A stretch of 64,000 nt of DNA from Tubiluchus corallicola (Eukaryota > Animalia > Priapulida): positions 782,327-846,326 of the forward strand of contig JAQGDQ010002370.1 in the NCBI GenBank assembly GCA_030141605.1, read 5' to 3'. Of the stretch, positions 35,043 through 50,000 are shown piece after piece. The translations under genes and the position numbers were made by a program. How positions within the stretch are numbered: position 1 is the first letter of the stretch; each line of letters begins with the position of its first letter. The notes below the pieces were generated by a model. That model was given only the letters and a program-made list of their open reading frames with translations, searched no databases and was not told the origin of the DNA.

Positions 35043-36000
35043 GGTGCACGGTAAAAACGGCACAGGTAAAAAAATGGTACAGGAAAAAAGACGCAAAATT
35101 TAATGGAAAAATAGGAGAAAATGGAACAGTTAATAAAATACTAGTTATGGTTAGGGTTACTGTTAGTTTCAATGCCGTTTGTTTGTTTATTTGTTTGTTT
35201 GTTTGTTTATACGCATGTATGTTTGTTTGTTTGTAAGTTTATTTTTTTTTACCTTTCAATTATCAGTGTACAAAAAACTACAGCTCGTGAGTTAAGATTA
35301 TGGTTATGATTAACTCCGCCAAGGAGATTATATTTTTATCACCGTTGATTTGTTAGCAGGATTACGCAAAAACTACTTAAAACTAAACAGGATCCAATCT
35401 TAAACTGTAGGTCAAAACAATCTACTCTTTAAAAAATTGAAATGAAACATACTATTTTTCAAAAATGACTTACGTGAAAGAATTATTACCACACAAACGC
35501 AATTTCACATTCGCGCCACTGGTTCTTCGTTGTTTCATGCATTTCACCATTCGTTAGTTAGACGGGCATTAGCGCCTGCAATCAGCAATCGCATTGCACA
35601 AAAAACAGGTGCTGTACCTCTCAGTTCAGATGTGTTAGTCTGTGACGAACTACACGTGTTCGACAGCTCATGCGTAGCACAGCGGTAAATTTGAAATTCT
35701 AATTTTTATCTTAAAACTTGCCTAGTTTTAGTACAACACACTGAATATCTTACAGTAGCCCTGTACTTCAATTTTCGCTTTCGCAAACGCGTGTAACACA
35801 CTCCTGGAATATATTTGCTGATGAAAATTATGTTAGTTTGTGATGTCATCAATAATTGGGTTCGCCCGCCTTTAATTAAGTTTTTAATTTATTATTTAAT
35901 TATGAGAACCACTTTCTACTTTTTCCTACTTTTCCATTTGTGCCCTTTTAGCTGAGCCATTCTTACCGTGCCATTTTTCCTGCGTCATTGTACGTGTACC
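35043..36000. mobile_element. Family A-related element, copy 3 (same termini, different interior)
   Basis: ggtgcacggtaaaaacggcacagg at left and gtgccatttttcctgcgtcattgtacgtgtacc at right; ggttagggtta inside. Confidence 0.65.
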
Positions 36001-37163
36001 ATTTTTACTACATATTCGTCCAGGTAGTATCTTGCGAAATACAAGAGTTTCGCATTAATAACAACTCTAATTATGGTCTGCTGTGAGGAATAGCTGCTGA
36101 AGGTAATATGGATATAGAGGTAATCTCTTATCAAATATTCATATCCAGTGCAATCATGAGTGCATACAGTAACCGGCATTTGGGCATTATACTGTCCGGG
36201 GTATCATTACATTGCGTGTAATCACGCTCGAGGGCAACGTTTATAAAGAGACGAGAAGTGAAAGCACCCAATCTATGAAGCACCCATGATTATTCACTGA
36301 ACTGATCAAGTTATTACCCTATATTCATATGCGCAACAATAATAATTGTGCTGGGGTGGGTTTGCTATGCGCTACATAACTATTATTGCTATTTATCAGA
36401 AGACGTCTTACTCACTTTGGAGAGGAAACTTTACCTCAAGTAAAAAAATAAGATATTCAAACTTCGTACTATTTTGTCTTTCATATTAAACGTAGAATAC
36501 CAGAAAAGTATAACAATATATATTATCACGTTGTGCATAGTTGCAATTCTTTTTTGGAAGGAGAAGAAGAAAGGAAGCTAAAGCTTATTGGGCCGCTCAT
36601 AAAAGCGCGTGACTTAGAAAAAAACCTAAATTTTGTAGAAATTTTTAATTATTAGAAATGGAGGCACTGAAGCAAATATAAGAGGTCAATAAGTTAGAAA
36701 GTGAAAAAAGTAAAGTCGAAAATTTTTATAAGGACTTTACATAACTCAGCAGAGTTACCAATTAGAGAGACGAAGGAACTCAACTAAACTAAAGGCGCTT
36801 ATCTTTAATAGCTTTCCAGATGTACGTTTGACGTAAGTTGTTACATTCATTCCTCAATGCCAGCCAATCTCATCTAAAACAACAAGAGTAATCCTAATTT
36901 CAATCGAAAAGGATGTAAACCACCTCAGCATCCCAATTGTAATCCATTACATTATACTCATCAGGTTACTACACGATTTACTGGGCGAACGCCAGAAAGA
37001 CAATTTCACAAAAAAATCACAAAAGACTAGGCTTGGAGCATAGAAGAAGCAAGTATAGCAATTTCGAAGAGGGGTTTTCGAGCTGAGTGACTCTTACGTG
37101 ATCACAACGTAGATTTAGTGACTGAAGTTAGGCAGTACCGAACCTGGTCAGTAATGGATGGAG

Positions 37164-37392
37164 GAAAGCCGGAAAAATTCCTTCTGGGTGATTTTTAACT
37201 TCCATACTGTAAAGTTTTTATGATATTTTTGAGTAGAATATTGAAAGGATACCAATTTATAGTGATTTCTATTTACAGAAAGCCGGAAAAATTCCTTCTG
37301 GGTGATTTTTAACTTCCATACTGTAAAGTTTTTATGATATTTTTTAGTAGAATATTGAAAGGATACCAATTTATAGTGATTTCTATTTACAG
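37164..37392. repeat. Tandem duplication, 114-bp unit x2
   Basis: gaaagccggaaaaattcc...atttaca starts at 37164 and 37278; nearly identical. Confidence 0.95.
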
Positions 37393-39486
37393 AGCAATGC
37401 CATTAGGTTTGCACAATGCGCCCTACCAATGTGTCTCCAAAATTTAACTAATAAACTTTGGAAATTTAGTGAAAAAGTAATACAAGTTAGTGTATCAGCA
37501 CTTAAAAAAAGCCTCACATATCTCGCAACGCTGAAAATCTGAAAAGCATGCACATAGAAATACAAGTATGTGCAGTTCGCCCCTGCATGCCGCTAGTGAT
37601 GGAATTATAATTCATTTATTCAAATCCTTTCCTTATTTTACAACCACTTCGTCCCTACTAAAACAGTAAAACAACAAAAAAACAAAGAACTTATTTTTAA
37701 AACACATCAAGTTGATTTCCCTACTCATGAATTGAATAAATTGAGCGAATTGGACAGAAACACAAAAAATCATTGCAAAAGTCAGTAAAGTAATGCAAAA
37801 TGCTTTAAAGGTTAAAATTAAAGGTACGAATGGTCACGAATCTTGATAAAATTTTAAGCAACGAATAGTGAAAAATTTCATGTTGTTGTTAAGTAAAACA
37901 GCTAGGTTTAGTAAGCGTACCAAAACAATGTCAAAATTTTTATAACAAATCTTTATTAAATATGTTATTATCAAATATTAGTATATATATATATGCACCG
38001 GGTTGTGCTAAGACAAATGCTGGTTTATGTGAGTATGTATACGTATTGATTAATCATAAAGCGTATACTGAATGCTATACAGTATTAGGAAAACGGTCTA
38101 ATTAGCCACAACTGACACGTGGCTTCATGATAAATTTCCATAAACGCAAATTATTGTAACATCATACAAGGCGTTCTGTTATAATATTTAAGAGCAATTC
38201 GCTGTGTTGTAGACGCAAATCAAAGTTTATTGTGACTCCTGTTTAAATTATTTTGCCTGCAATTTTTGCATTTATACAGCAAGATAAAATATGCGTTATG
38301 TCAAAAATTATGAAGAAAATAAATTCAATTAGAGAATGTCATAACGCGTGACCTATAATCATCAGGTTCTGGGTTCGATTATGGGTTGGTTCACAATTTT
38401 AACGCCTTTTCGTTCTTTAATTAACTAACCGTTAAGTTAATTGTTGATTATGTATAAATCGTAAGGTTTCTTAACACTGGCTTATTGCTATTTGATTTCT
38501 AAAAATCTATCGTTAAGTACGGACAACTAATTTGAGTAAGTCCATTAGACTTCTACACGTAGGATTCTTGCACCAAAAAACTTATTTAAACAAAGATTTC
38601 GTTAATATTCGTCATCTAGTGTAACTTTTTTGTTTACAGTGTGTTAAGTCTACAGCGAATACGTCTTTTCATTGCAATGCAATTAAAAGACAACTTAGCA
38701 AAGAACTTGCAATTGTTATAACACACACACACATTTGCTTAAACTGTCTTTTGAAGGTGCAATAGTAAAACTAAATTCAATTTCAAATTGTTTCGAATTA
38801 TAACAGCGTAAAAATAACGAAGTCTTTTTTTCATTAAGCAAGTCCTCATTGTTAAACGAATTTGCGAAGAAAAACGTTTTTTACACAAATATTCAGTAAA
38901 TTGCTTCGCGCTTAAACGCGATTTCCAATCATCACGAAAATACAAGCGAAACAAGCTGGAATTCCAAAAATGCGTGCATCATAACAATAATAAAACCATG
39001 CGGTAATTTCTGTTGAACGAATATGCAGCATTCGCCAATCGGCATGATTTCCCTTCAGAAAACGTTTCATGTTTTCGTTGACACAGTGAACGTATATAAC
39101 GCGAATACTTGTCCCAAGAGGCGCTGCATTCATGGAAATTATACCCGCAAACAACAGAACAAGCTGTTAAAACACTAACTGCTTTTTTTGATACATTTAC
39201 ACATTCGACTATATCGTTTTTATTACCGGAGCTCTTTAGTGCTAAAATCATTATATACAGCGTTACTATTTAGTAACACTACGGATTCCTTATTACATAG
39301 GCCAGGTCACTTATGTAGAGCAGCTACAGAAGACAATTGAAATAATAGAAAATACAGTCATGTAGTCCGAAAAATATAATAGAATAAAAAAACTGAGCAA
39401 TATATTTGTAGCAAAACGCTACATATTATTTAATTTTATGTATTAGCAACAACTGCATATCATTCCATCGTGACACAAAGAACACA

Positions 39487-39503
39487 CTCTTTCTCTCTCT
39501 CTC

Positions 39504-39550
<47 letters not shown>

Positions 39551-39600
39551 GCTCTTTCTCTGTCTTTCTCTCTCTCTTTCCTTCTCTCCCTCTCTAGCTT
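39487..39600. repeat. Imperfect (CT)n microsatellite
   Basis: Direct inspection; source of the ER-repeat ORF 39443..39709. Confidence 0.9.
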
Positions 39601-42599
39601 CCTCTCCCTTTTTAACCAATATCAATAATAAAAAACTATTGACGAGTATCATTGTGTTGATACTCTGTGTTGATACTCTTCCTCTTTTCGGGTTCTTTGA
39701 ATTTTCCACTCGCGTATCGCTGCTTTTCTTTTCCTCGTAATTACCGGCTGCGTCTCTCCTCTCGCTTTCTCACATCGATATCAGATTTGGAATCCCTGAT
39801 TTAAGACGCCATAACTCTACAGTTTTACAGTGTCATTAGGGCGACAACCATTCAATAAATTGATGAAGCCTGCTGCACAAGCCTGACAAATAACCCTGTC
39901 ACAGCTCATAGCTCGTATATACTATTACAAGAAAAATGTGAAAAATCAAAAATGATAATAAAGGATATATCAGATGTAACAATTCCGTACAATATTGTAC
40001 GCCTACTTTTGTATATGTTGCAGTATAAGAGTCATTTGTGGTTAATAAATAATGTGTCATGATAAAAAAACCAATATTGTTCTAGTGGCAAACAGTTTAG
40101 ACTTTTAAGTATAAGGCCAACTTAATATTACTATGTAAAACATAGCAAATTTCTTTTAAACATAAACATAGTAAGCCAAATTAAGTAGAAGAAGATAGAT
40201 CATTCTGTCTTGCGGAAATCATACATCACTAATATACGACAACTGCCATGACAAAATAAATTTTATCTTATCTCGTCCCATCTCATCTTCGTATGTATAC
40301 GTTTACAAGAAATTCACTTATATTTTACATAATTACTATATAAAGTAACATTAAGATAATATAGTATTAGTAGTAATACAGGGCCTATTGTGTATGCACT
40401 AAGGATACATTTTTGTCTTATTATGCATTCTTTGGGTGATTTCCCTATAGTTTCTACAAAATCATACTAATTTACATTTGCGTTAAAATGGGTTTGAATG
40501 TGCTAATGTTTAATTACAATTGATAGTAAAATCATTTTTGCAAGTTTCTGAAACTCACTGATAACTGCGGAAGAGAATACCCATGTGGTCACGTTGTGTA
40601 CTTGGTTGCAAAGAAAAGCAACACATGAGTTAGTTATTGGTGACTGGTGACTGGGCATCTATTAAAAAATTATAGTTTCGATTTTCTAAAGCTAAGTGCA
40701 ATCCCTAAGGAATCAAGCCCGGCGAATTCAAGGCAGGCAATATTATGCCCTTCAGAGCCTTGACTTATGGGCCGCTCGTGGAAAATGAACACGTTCTGAT
40801 TTCACTGAGCTTTTAATGTCAAGCACAACAGTACTTGCCTACATGATAATAACTACTATAAAAAATTATTTGAAAAACAAATGCTGTCATTTACAGTATC
40901 TCATGTCACGGAAGCAGAATCTTACCACAGTTTTTAACACAGTCAAAACGGTTCAACTGGTTACATATATTTTTAACATCAGCGCAATTCAAGTACATTG
41001 TAGATTTGTTTTTAAAAGAAAATATTATCGTCTTAAATGACTTTATACATTATATGTATATACACACCAATAATTTACCTGCTGAAATACCGCAGAGAAG
41101 TAGAGCAATGGAAGCGAAACAAACTCCTTTCATCATTTTGCCTTCTCTTTTCTGCAACTTATCAATTATATTTGCAGACTGGGGAATATTTTCTTAAATC
41201 ATTTAGCGCATATCAGTCCATTCTGTCATATCACATCCACATGTTCATCAAAAAGGTTTTGCCCTTATATAATCAGTAAAGCTCTTTAATGTACCATCAT
41301 CGCTGACGCGATGCAATGCTAAGTAAGCATGTTACATTTACCTGCAATGCGAGTCCCTTGGGCGTCTGCTTCCACTACGCATGCGCACTTTGTGTTCAAT
41401 TTGAAGCGGTATTTATTGTCAGTTTAGACCAAACAATATTTAATCTTGTACAGTAACCGAGGGCATAAAATTGTGTTATTACTCTGAAATTGCTTCGGTG
41501 GGATGTATTTAGCCTGCCTTTTTATTTAAGCATTAGTGGCCACTTGAATTTATTGCAACTATTTGCCACGTCCCGAATAGCATAGGGAAATGACATCTAA
41601 ATATATTTGAAATTCAAATAGATTGGCACTAAAAATTAATTAACGCAGGATATTAAACTTGTTTAAACACTACAAAATAAGCAGAAAAAAGTAAAAAAAT
41701 ATGTTGGTTCGCTGAAGTTAATGCTTTGTTTATTGACAGTCCGAAATAAAATCCGATAGTTAACAAAAAATACATATAAATAAACAAGCCAAATGTCTAT
41801 ATTAAGCAAGAAACTTTGCAAATATATTGTTAAAATTGTGCACTTAATTTTCTGTTAGTTCGATGCTGATTTCTATTGATGGTACCATTAACATAGTAAA
41901 CACCAGTTTCTGGTGGGGAAGCGCTCACTGTCATGCAAAATATGAGCACCGGCAACAGAAAGATTTGCAGGTGAATATTCGCTTAAAAATGCTAACAGTA
42001 CTACACCGTTATGTTGATATGTTTTTGTTTATAGTTGAAAATATAGCTAAAAATAAATTAATTTATACGAAGGAGCATAATCTAAGCATCTCCTTGATTA
42101 ACCTACAGTTCCTAATTCAACGAATTACATTACCAATGGAATTTACATTCACTAAATTATCAATTCGAAATGCAGGTCTTCGTGCAAAGCTATATCTATA
42201 CCTGCTTTCTTACCGAAATGACATTAGCAAATCAAATAACAAAAGTGCACGTTATTACTATAAAGTCAAATGCACTTTGAATTTAAATGATCAACAGTTT
42301 AAATTAAAAATGTTGCACAACTGAAAATGCCCACCACTGTGATTTAAATAATTACACGTGTAACGTTAACTTATGCAGAGACATATTGAAAATGACTTTT
42401 CAAAATTACCTTATACAGATCTCAGATCAATGGTTATTACAAGTAGGCCTACATGCTACTAGTAACTAGAATGAAACATCCTACCACAACGTTTAAAACA
42501 GTTTTACTTAGTTGCAGGTAAATTTATTTGAATGTCTTTACATCTATTTTAAAGACGTTTCATGCGGTATTACTGACTGCAATTTAAAGCTTGCGTGCT

Positions 42600-42605
42600 T
42601 TTATT
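42600..42605 (-). promoter_or_regulatory. Candidate polyadenylation signal of the PAN-domain gene
   Basis: AATAAA on minus strand about 83 nt after the stop codon. Confidence 0.4.
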
Positions 42606-42687
42606 GCAGTCAATTTAAAAGATCAATCTGATCACAAATCGGTGATTTGACAAACCTCGAAGTACTAAAATTTATCACAGCAAACAT

Positions 42688-42812
42688 TTACATAAGTCTC
42701 GTATTCATACCATCAAAACGCTTTCCCGTGTATTTCATATATGCAGCTAGAACTACCACTGTTAACAAAATGCCCAACAGTATCATGCCAAAAGCCAACC
42801 CAACAGCACCAC
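42688..42812 (-). CDS. PAN gene terminal exon: transmembrane helix and cytoplasmic tail
   Basis: Acceptor ttgttcctatag; [41 protein letters not shown]. Confidence 0.82.
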
Positions 42813-42865
42813 CTATAGGAACAAATAAAAGTATAATAAATAGACTAGCCATGAAAATTTTTTCA

Positions 42866-42901
<36 letters not shown>

Positions 42902-43991
42902 TGTATGTATGTATGTATGTATGTATGTATGTATGTATGTATGTGTGATTGTTCGGGCGAAAGGCCGCAGATACCCGAAAACCACCTTTTGACGTAGCGT
43001 GTGCCGAAAGGTGTAAACTAATTATTTATGCTAATTTTAAGATATGTTCACAAGATGTACATATAAGATAAGCAAGTAATGACATGTTACAACAAATTTA
43101 ATAAGATTCCAAATATTCAAAAAAATGACAATGAACATCAATATACAAAAAAGGAAAACCATTTCCCCAGAATATTGGCGATCTACTCGGATTTTGCTGA
43201 GTATTCACTGGCGGTACAACGGTTCACACTGACAGTCACAGCTTACAGATTTTTGCATGACAGTGTCGCACAGACGACGTTCCCAACGTGGTAAACATTT
43301 TAACGTCTACGTGAAGATAACAGGATCTCCTTTAACGCCTACGTGAAGATAACACTCCTCAAGTGAATCTGACCGATTAACAGTCTACCATCCCTATGGT
43401 GTTAACCCAACAAATGGCAATTAGCAATTGGTGATTTACGAGAGTAATAACTTAAGTAGAAGTACGTCTAAGTATACCGTTACGTCTTTCTGTGATCTGC
43501 TAACGTCTCCTCGGGTCCGTGAAACTTGAACCAGAACTCAGGGACCACATCACATGTCTTGACATCAAACTGAGACAGGATACAAGACGGAAGGTACTTA
43601 ACGTATAGACGTACCTCCGTTTAACAAAGGAAAACCATTCTCTAGTACTACATGGCATACAATCGGCAGGTAAAAAAATCCAGGTCGCACTGCTCACGTG
43701 AACGTCTGGCTTCAGTGATTTAATTTTAACGTAAAGATCTTCCTCTACAATGGAATACTCGTGTACCCACCCAAGTGACCTAGCTACCAGAGGTAGTAAT
43801 TTATGAGATCAAAATACAATTTTGTAGAACACCAAATTAAATTAAAAAGGCAAAAAAAGTAAATTTTATCTTTTCATCATCAGCAATGTGCACGGTTGTT
43901 AGGCTAGTGATTCCCTACTGGACCATCACAGTGTGTATGTAACGCACCCAAAAATAAAAAAAAATTTATGTCTCTCTCTCTCCTTCTCTCC

Positions 43992-44035
<44 letters not shown>

Positions 44036-47000
44036 ATATTTATTATATGTATATGCTAATCACGCATACTATTATGTATATTAACTGTTAAGACACTGGC
44101 AGAGTAAAACCTAATATACCTGAAAACAAACATTAGACATTACAATGGCTAAATTCTGTTATGCGCTTGTGACTTGCAGCACTTCTAAAGTCTAAATCAG
44201 TTTTTAATAGTAAACGAAGCTAAACAGCACTAACTGTCAATGAACAAAAACAGAGTAAGCTGCTGATTTACTGTGCATTTTTCTAATGGCCCCTCACGTG
44301 CCAAAGAACTTCAAAATAAAACGAAAATAAATATGCTAAGAAATACTCGATTTTCTAAAAATACCTAATCAGGTAGTTAATGGACGTATAATTTGGAAGT
44401 ATCAGTCAGTATAGTAAGATATGTTCAAGAATACGCCCACTATACTGTCAAAATTTTCTAAATAACAAGCAAATAAGCTTAAAATTTTATTAGGCATTAT
44501 ACAAACTGTCACGGCCATGCGATGCATGACCGCTAACTAACTGGCCGATATACAAGGCCATTCATCACTATAAGATTTTGAACAGTATAGAAGCCATTGG
44601 ATACTATGCATTATATACAAGGTCATTCCATCTAGGCTAATGTTTGCCCACCTCATTCAGGTACCGAATTTTTTGTTAAACGGATGTCTATCTAGGCCGT
44701 TTTTACCTGGTCACCATAGTTGGTACCTTTCTTCTGTTCGTCATATGTTTGAGACACGTTTTGTCTATGAGTTTTATTTTGGCATTAATGGCAAAATTCA
44801 GTTGATGTCCTGTGAGAGACAATAGTTAAATGCACAATGTTGTATCGACACCGTTTACGTAGCACCAGCACGACTCAGGAGTGAAGTAATTGCCTTGTCA
44901 TATTTCACTTAGAGGAACTCTTGGACAACCCACCCTGGGAGGGATTCTGAAACTTTCAGAGCATTGGTGGAGTGTTCCCATAGTGGTGGAGTTCACAGTA
45001 TCCTGGTTACGCTATTCGGCGGTAGAGGAGACGCAGAGATACAACTACGATTCCAGATTAAACTACTTGTGGCGTGTAAGGACTCATGGATCGGCTACAT
45101 TGTGGAGCTCCTCCTTATTCCAGTAGGGGATCGTGGCTTTGGGACTGTAAACCGTCCTTGGTGCATCCTGGAAGAGCCGGCCATCGGGAACTACATATAA
45201 ACATGAGTATACTCCTTGCTGCTTGTTAAATCTGGGCCCAGTAGGTAGTAGGTATTGTTTTCTCCTCTATGTACAATTGTTCTTTGCTTTGTTCTTGTTT
45301 AATAATATACTGCATGATTTGCACAGCATCCGTGTGTTTAATAGTTCTATTTCAAACTTAGTGTAAACGTTTTACGATTAACAACTCGATGATTATGTTT
45401 AGTAAAATGATCGGGTCCTATAGGAGAATTGCCCCAACATGAACCCAAACGCTTGGTGATGAAATTAGCAGAAATGATTACCCTGTTATGTTAGTAAATT
45501 ACGAGCTCTGTCTGTTTAGTGTTTCCTGTTTAGTCGCTCACACTCACGGAGAACATGTGAGCCGAGCTTTAGATTTGAGACACTGACGTTAAATTACCCT
45601 AGACTAGTTATAATATGTTAGTTTTATTCCCACAAACTGTCACACAAACATATGCATACGAATCCGATGATTTTATGACTTATAAAAGCATGTTCTTCGA
45701 AGATCATACTATTTACTAATTTTTTAGTAGTTTACAACAAATACCTGTAGACAACCCGGGTGGGTTTTCAGTTGGAGTAATGGTTTCGTTGTCAGGCTTA
45801 ACTTCACATACCATATGTGAATTACTCCCTACAAGTGTTCCATCCAGATATCGGTCGCCTAAAACATCCAAAACTTCCATCAATTATTGCAGTTCATTGG
45901 TTTTCGGTTACTCGCTGGCAAGCTAATCTTGTAGCCAGATCTTATTCGCCGTGAAGCCGGTCTCGTTCTTGTTGCTCCCACAATAACAATAAGTTCTTAG
46001 CCAGTTTTATACTGTGGCGTCACAATGGAGTAAATTTTATTCTAAATTTTGCGACAAAACGAATTCTATGGCAACGCCAAACGGCGTTCTAATAAACTTA
46101 TTCATCAAAAGGATACTGTGACAATCTAAATGGCATTCTAAATGACATATCCAGATAGTTGAGCAGAAAAAAATCAATAAACGAGTAACCCATTGTTTCG
46201 TCTTCCGAAAATCTGAAAGACGCAATGGTGCACTTTGGTAATCAGAGTGAAGTGCAACTGGCGAACCAACCAAATCTGCACAAATGACACCATGCACAAA
46301 TTACTAAAGCACGCATCAAAGCCAACACTTCGCTAATATCAACCGGTTTTTCAAAAAACAGATAGCTCTGTTACTAAGTATACACAAACAAACTGTTACT
46401 ACATTTACTGCAATTAAACCTCCTTTTATTACTAATTGGTTATAACTTTTTTACTAATATTTTCCCACTAAAGCTGCCTCGTGCTTCATTTAAGGAGGCT
46501 ATACTAATTATTATAAAAGAACTGGCTCACAGGTACATATAAGCCCTATGTGAGAGACTGTTACTTCATGATGCCCAAAGTAAAAAAAATCATGTTTCAC
46601 TAGCTTTACTACGTTTTACCTGTGAGAAAATCATAACAAGATATAACAAACTAATTTGGGCTTAAAAATAAAGCTATTAGTAATAATGAAACACTGAGTA
46701 ACATCATCATGGCTCTGGTATTCTTGATAAATAAATGGTTTAACTGGGTAAACAACAACAACAACTTTCCTAGCCAAGAACAGACTGCCAAAAGACAAGG
46801 TAAGCTTGCCCTGTCAGTATAACATGACATAAAGACGCCAAGTCAGGACCACATGAATACAGTTTAAAAAGAGAGTATGGGGGGGGGTAGGGTAAAGAAT
46901 GAGTGAACACTAAAGTAAATAACCTAAAATCTTTCACACCCTACATCTGGGCAGAATGCCGTTGGAAATTTACTAACGCTAGACAGATGATTTTGTAGAA

Positions 47001-50000
47001 AGGCTTAGAAAAACACATACATCGGAAGAATAATTAGAAATAAGAATGCATTCTACAAATAAGATTCAAAATGCTACGTAGCCAAATCAGTAAGCTGCAT
47101 GAAGGCTTATTAAAATTACTAATACTGTGCTGACTGGCAAACTCTACGCTTATGGAGTGAAATAGGAAAACAAGCTACATTGTTTTCACAACTGTGAATT
47201 CGTTTTAAAGATTAAAATTGACAATACTTAGTGATACTAAAACTGTTTAAATCCATACGTGAATAATGATCACATAACATGTAGTCTTCGAGTTGTGCAT
47301 TGGAATCTTGGAGATTAGCGGATTCGAGTATGCAGTAAGTTGCAACTAATCCTGGACGTCCTGTACACATATCGAACGAGCGACAGTCAAAGTTGGACTC
47401 CTAAACATAGAAATGGTTTTGCATTTAACGCGAGTAAATGTAGCTCTTTAGCCTAGGTCGATATTTCACTTAGTGATAGTATCTAAATATGGCTGCGCTT
47501 CATACACATAAAATTCACGTACATAAAGTGTAAATGATTTTGTTACAGTACTTTAGTAAAAATACATTGACCTGTAAGTGCGAGCAGTTTTGGTAATTCC
47601 AGCTTAGGAAAAATAGCGTATAGTAGCAACTATATTATTATTCTCTGCTAAACGCATACAAACGTGTAAGATACTGCAGACAAGGTATCCAGAATCTGCT
47701 AAATACTGTCGAGAAACTGGCCATTCACTCATCAAGTGAGAAAATGCCGTATAACCATATAATCAGAGGCACGCATGGATAGCCCATGGTACTCTACTAG
47801 TAGGCCTGCCTATCTATCTGCTACCTATCCATCTATCTATCTTTACGTCCATCTGTCAGTCGACCTGTCTGCTCTCATTACTATTCCATTACTGCAACTG
47901 TCACAATCCGTGGGAATAAGTTCCTTTGGGTTTTTGGATTTCCTCTAATCTTCTTGTAAGCTCATAAAAATTTTTGAGAAGTGACTAACATGTGATCTAA
48001 TTTACTTTTCTTGCGTTACACATAATAAAAAATAAACACACTTCAACGTCACACATAATAAAAAATAAACACACTCATCTTCATCGTCAACACAATTATA
48101 ACCATTACTTGAGTTAGAAACGAAGTCATTTTTAAGCCTTTATTATTAGTGTTTTATCTGTAATATTATTACTATACGAATAAACGTCTATGTTAATGTT
48201 GTTTCTTAGAGCACAAACCTCTACACAAAACTTAGCACACTCATCTGGATAGGATTCTTGGATATACAGTTCTTGGCTTGACCCGTCTTCTACATAAAGC
48301 GATTTGTTTTGGTATTTGGTAAAGTCGACCAAGTAGCCTCCTAAAAGATTTTGGAATAATAATAAAATTGTTAACGGGTAAAAATATAAATCACGAGTAA
48401 TTATTAAAACAACCTTTAACGTTAAAGGACTTGTATAGGCGCCTCATAGTTATATACAGCCTAACAAATTTATTATTTTTTTATTTTAAATTTATTTCAT
48501 TTAAATACATTTAAAAGCACACAGCGTTATGTAACAAATTAGCAAAAACTCAGCTATACTATAAAATTACAATAGAAACTAATAAAATATTTACCTATAT
48601 ATACATACATACACCCAGAACAGAAAACGTAGAACACAAGACAGATCATTAAAAAATACAACACACAGATGCATAAAACCCAACAAAAGTCACCATTAAA
48701 ATGGTAAAAGATGTTGACCTCATAGTGCAAAATGTAGTTTGTACAAATTCGTTCATATATATGTTTTGTGATGTGCAAAGTAGGATCCTGTTATATTTCG
48801 TGTAGTTTCATAGTTAGGAATATTAAAATTTACCAATTTTTCTCATACACTATATAATCCCACGAAGAGCCTACGAAATGCCCTATTGTGAGCCACCTTT
48901 AAAAAGTGTAGTTGTATTGGAAAAAGTTGCACATTAAGGCACATGCGAAAAAATTGACGTATACTATTTGAACATCATTCGTATTTACACAATACTTAAC
49001 CAATAACGTATTTGCCTTTACATAAAGACCTCTTGACTGCGCTTTTTCAAAAGAGTAAAACAAACATTTTATAAACTTACTACAACATTTTAATTTCTTA
49101 CTAGTGTAAAAATCGCATGGTGCATTTTCTGTAAGATTTGTCGAAGATCCGTAATCCAAAAGATGTGTTTTAAACATGTAACATTTGGTAAGCACGATGT
49201 CCTTAGTCCCTTGTTCATCATACGAGCAGAATTCGAACGACAAACAAGGCAACTCTTTCTGAAAATAATCAAACAAATATTAAAAGAAAGTCTGCCAAAC
49301 TCAATGACTAGAATTTGGGAGTTCATCCGGTGGCCCCGATTATTCCACTAGATGTCAGTTTACCAAAAATGCTGTTCAAAATGGAGTAAAATAGGTGGAT
49401 TAAATGATAACTCCATAGGTGGATCCAATGCCACCCGCTGGAATTATCAGTCTTTACGGTTAATATTAGGAGCGTAAATAAGTTCGCTAGAAATCAGAGG
49501 ACACACAAAATGTTAATAGAGAAATATTTTGTACTGCGTACATAGCAAAAGACCATTTTAGAGTTTTACGTTGATGTGCTATTTCATCTTGCTTGCTATT
49601 TCGAGGACAATTCAAAGAAAAGATTTTTTATTTAATTTAAAACGGTGCAAGATTGCGTCATAAAGACATACAAGCATATACAAGGCTATTCTAACATACG
49701 GCATTCCATTTTCATCATCCCAAATTTCTGAAGGAGGGATTTCTGAAAATTCTTGTAGTTACAAACAATCGGCGGGTAGGTGTTGACTTTTCTCGCTGTT
49801 TAAGTGTTTCAAATCATTTAACAGTTTGCATACTGATCTTGTAGGTCCTTTGTTTCTCAATCACTCATATCTATTCTCTACGTCTTTTGGCCCCTTCCCC
49901 ACCCCTTCTCTGTTAACATATAAGCATTTTTGACAAATAACTATTCACTAATAAAAAGAAATAACAACAATAGTGCAATGATGCGTGACCATTCATTTAA

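Noticed and set aside
38340-38392. tRNA gene candidate (ggttcgatt B-box)
   Set aside because: No complete cloverleaf or acceptor stem; at most a SINE remnant.
38739-39251. Overlapping minus-strand ORFs, one with a signal-peptide-like LVLLFAGIISMNAAP after an acceptor-like site
   Set aside because: No matching upstream start exon or family motif found; cannot be supported without transcripts.
41863-42324. 153-aa plus-strand ORF
   Set aside because: AT-rich, motif-free, just downstream of and antisense to the PAN gene 3' end; likely chance.
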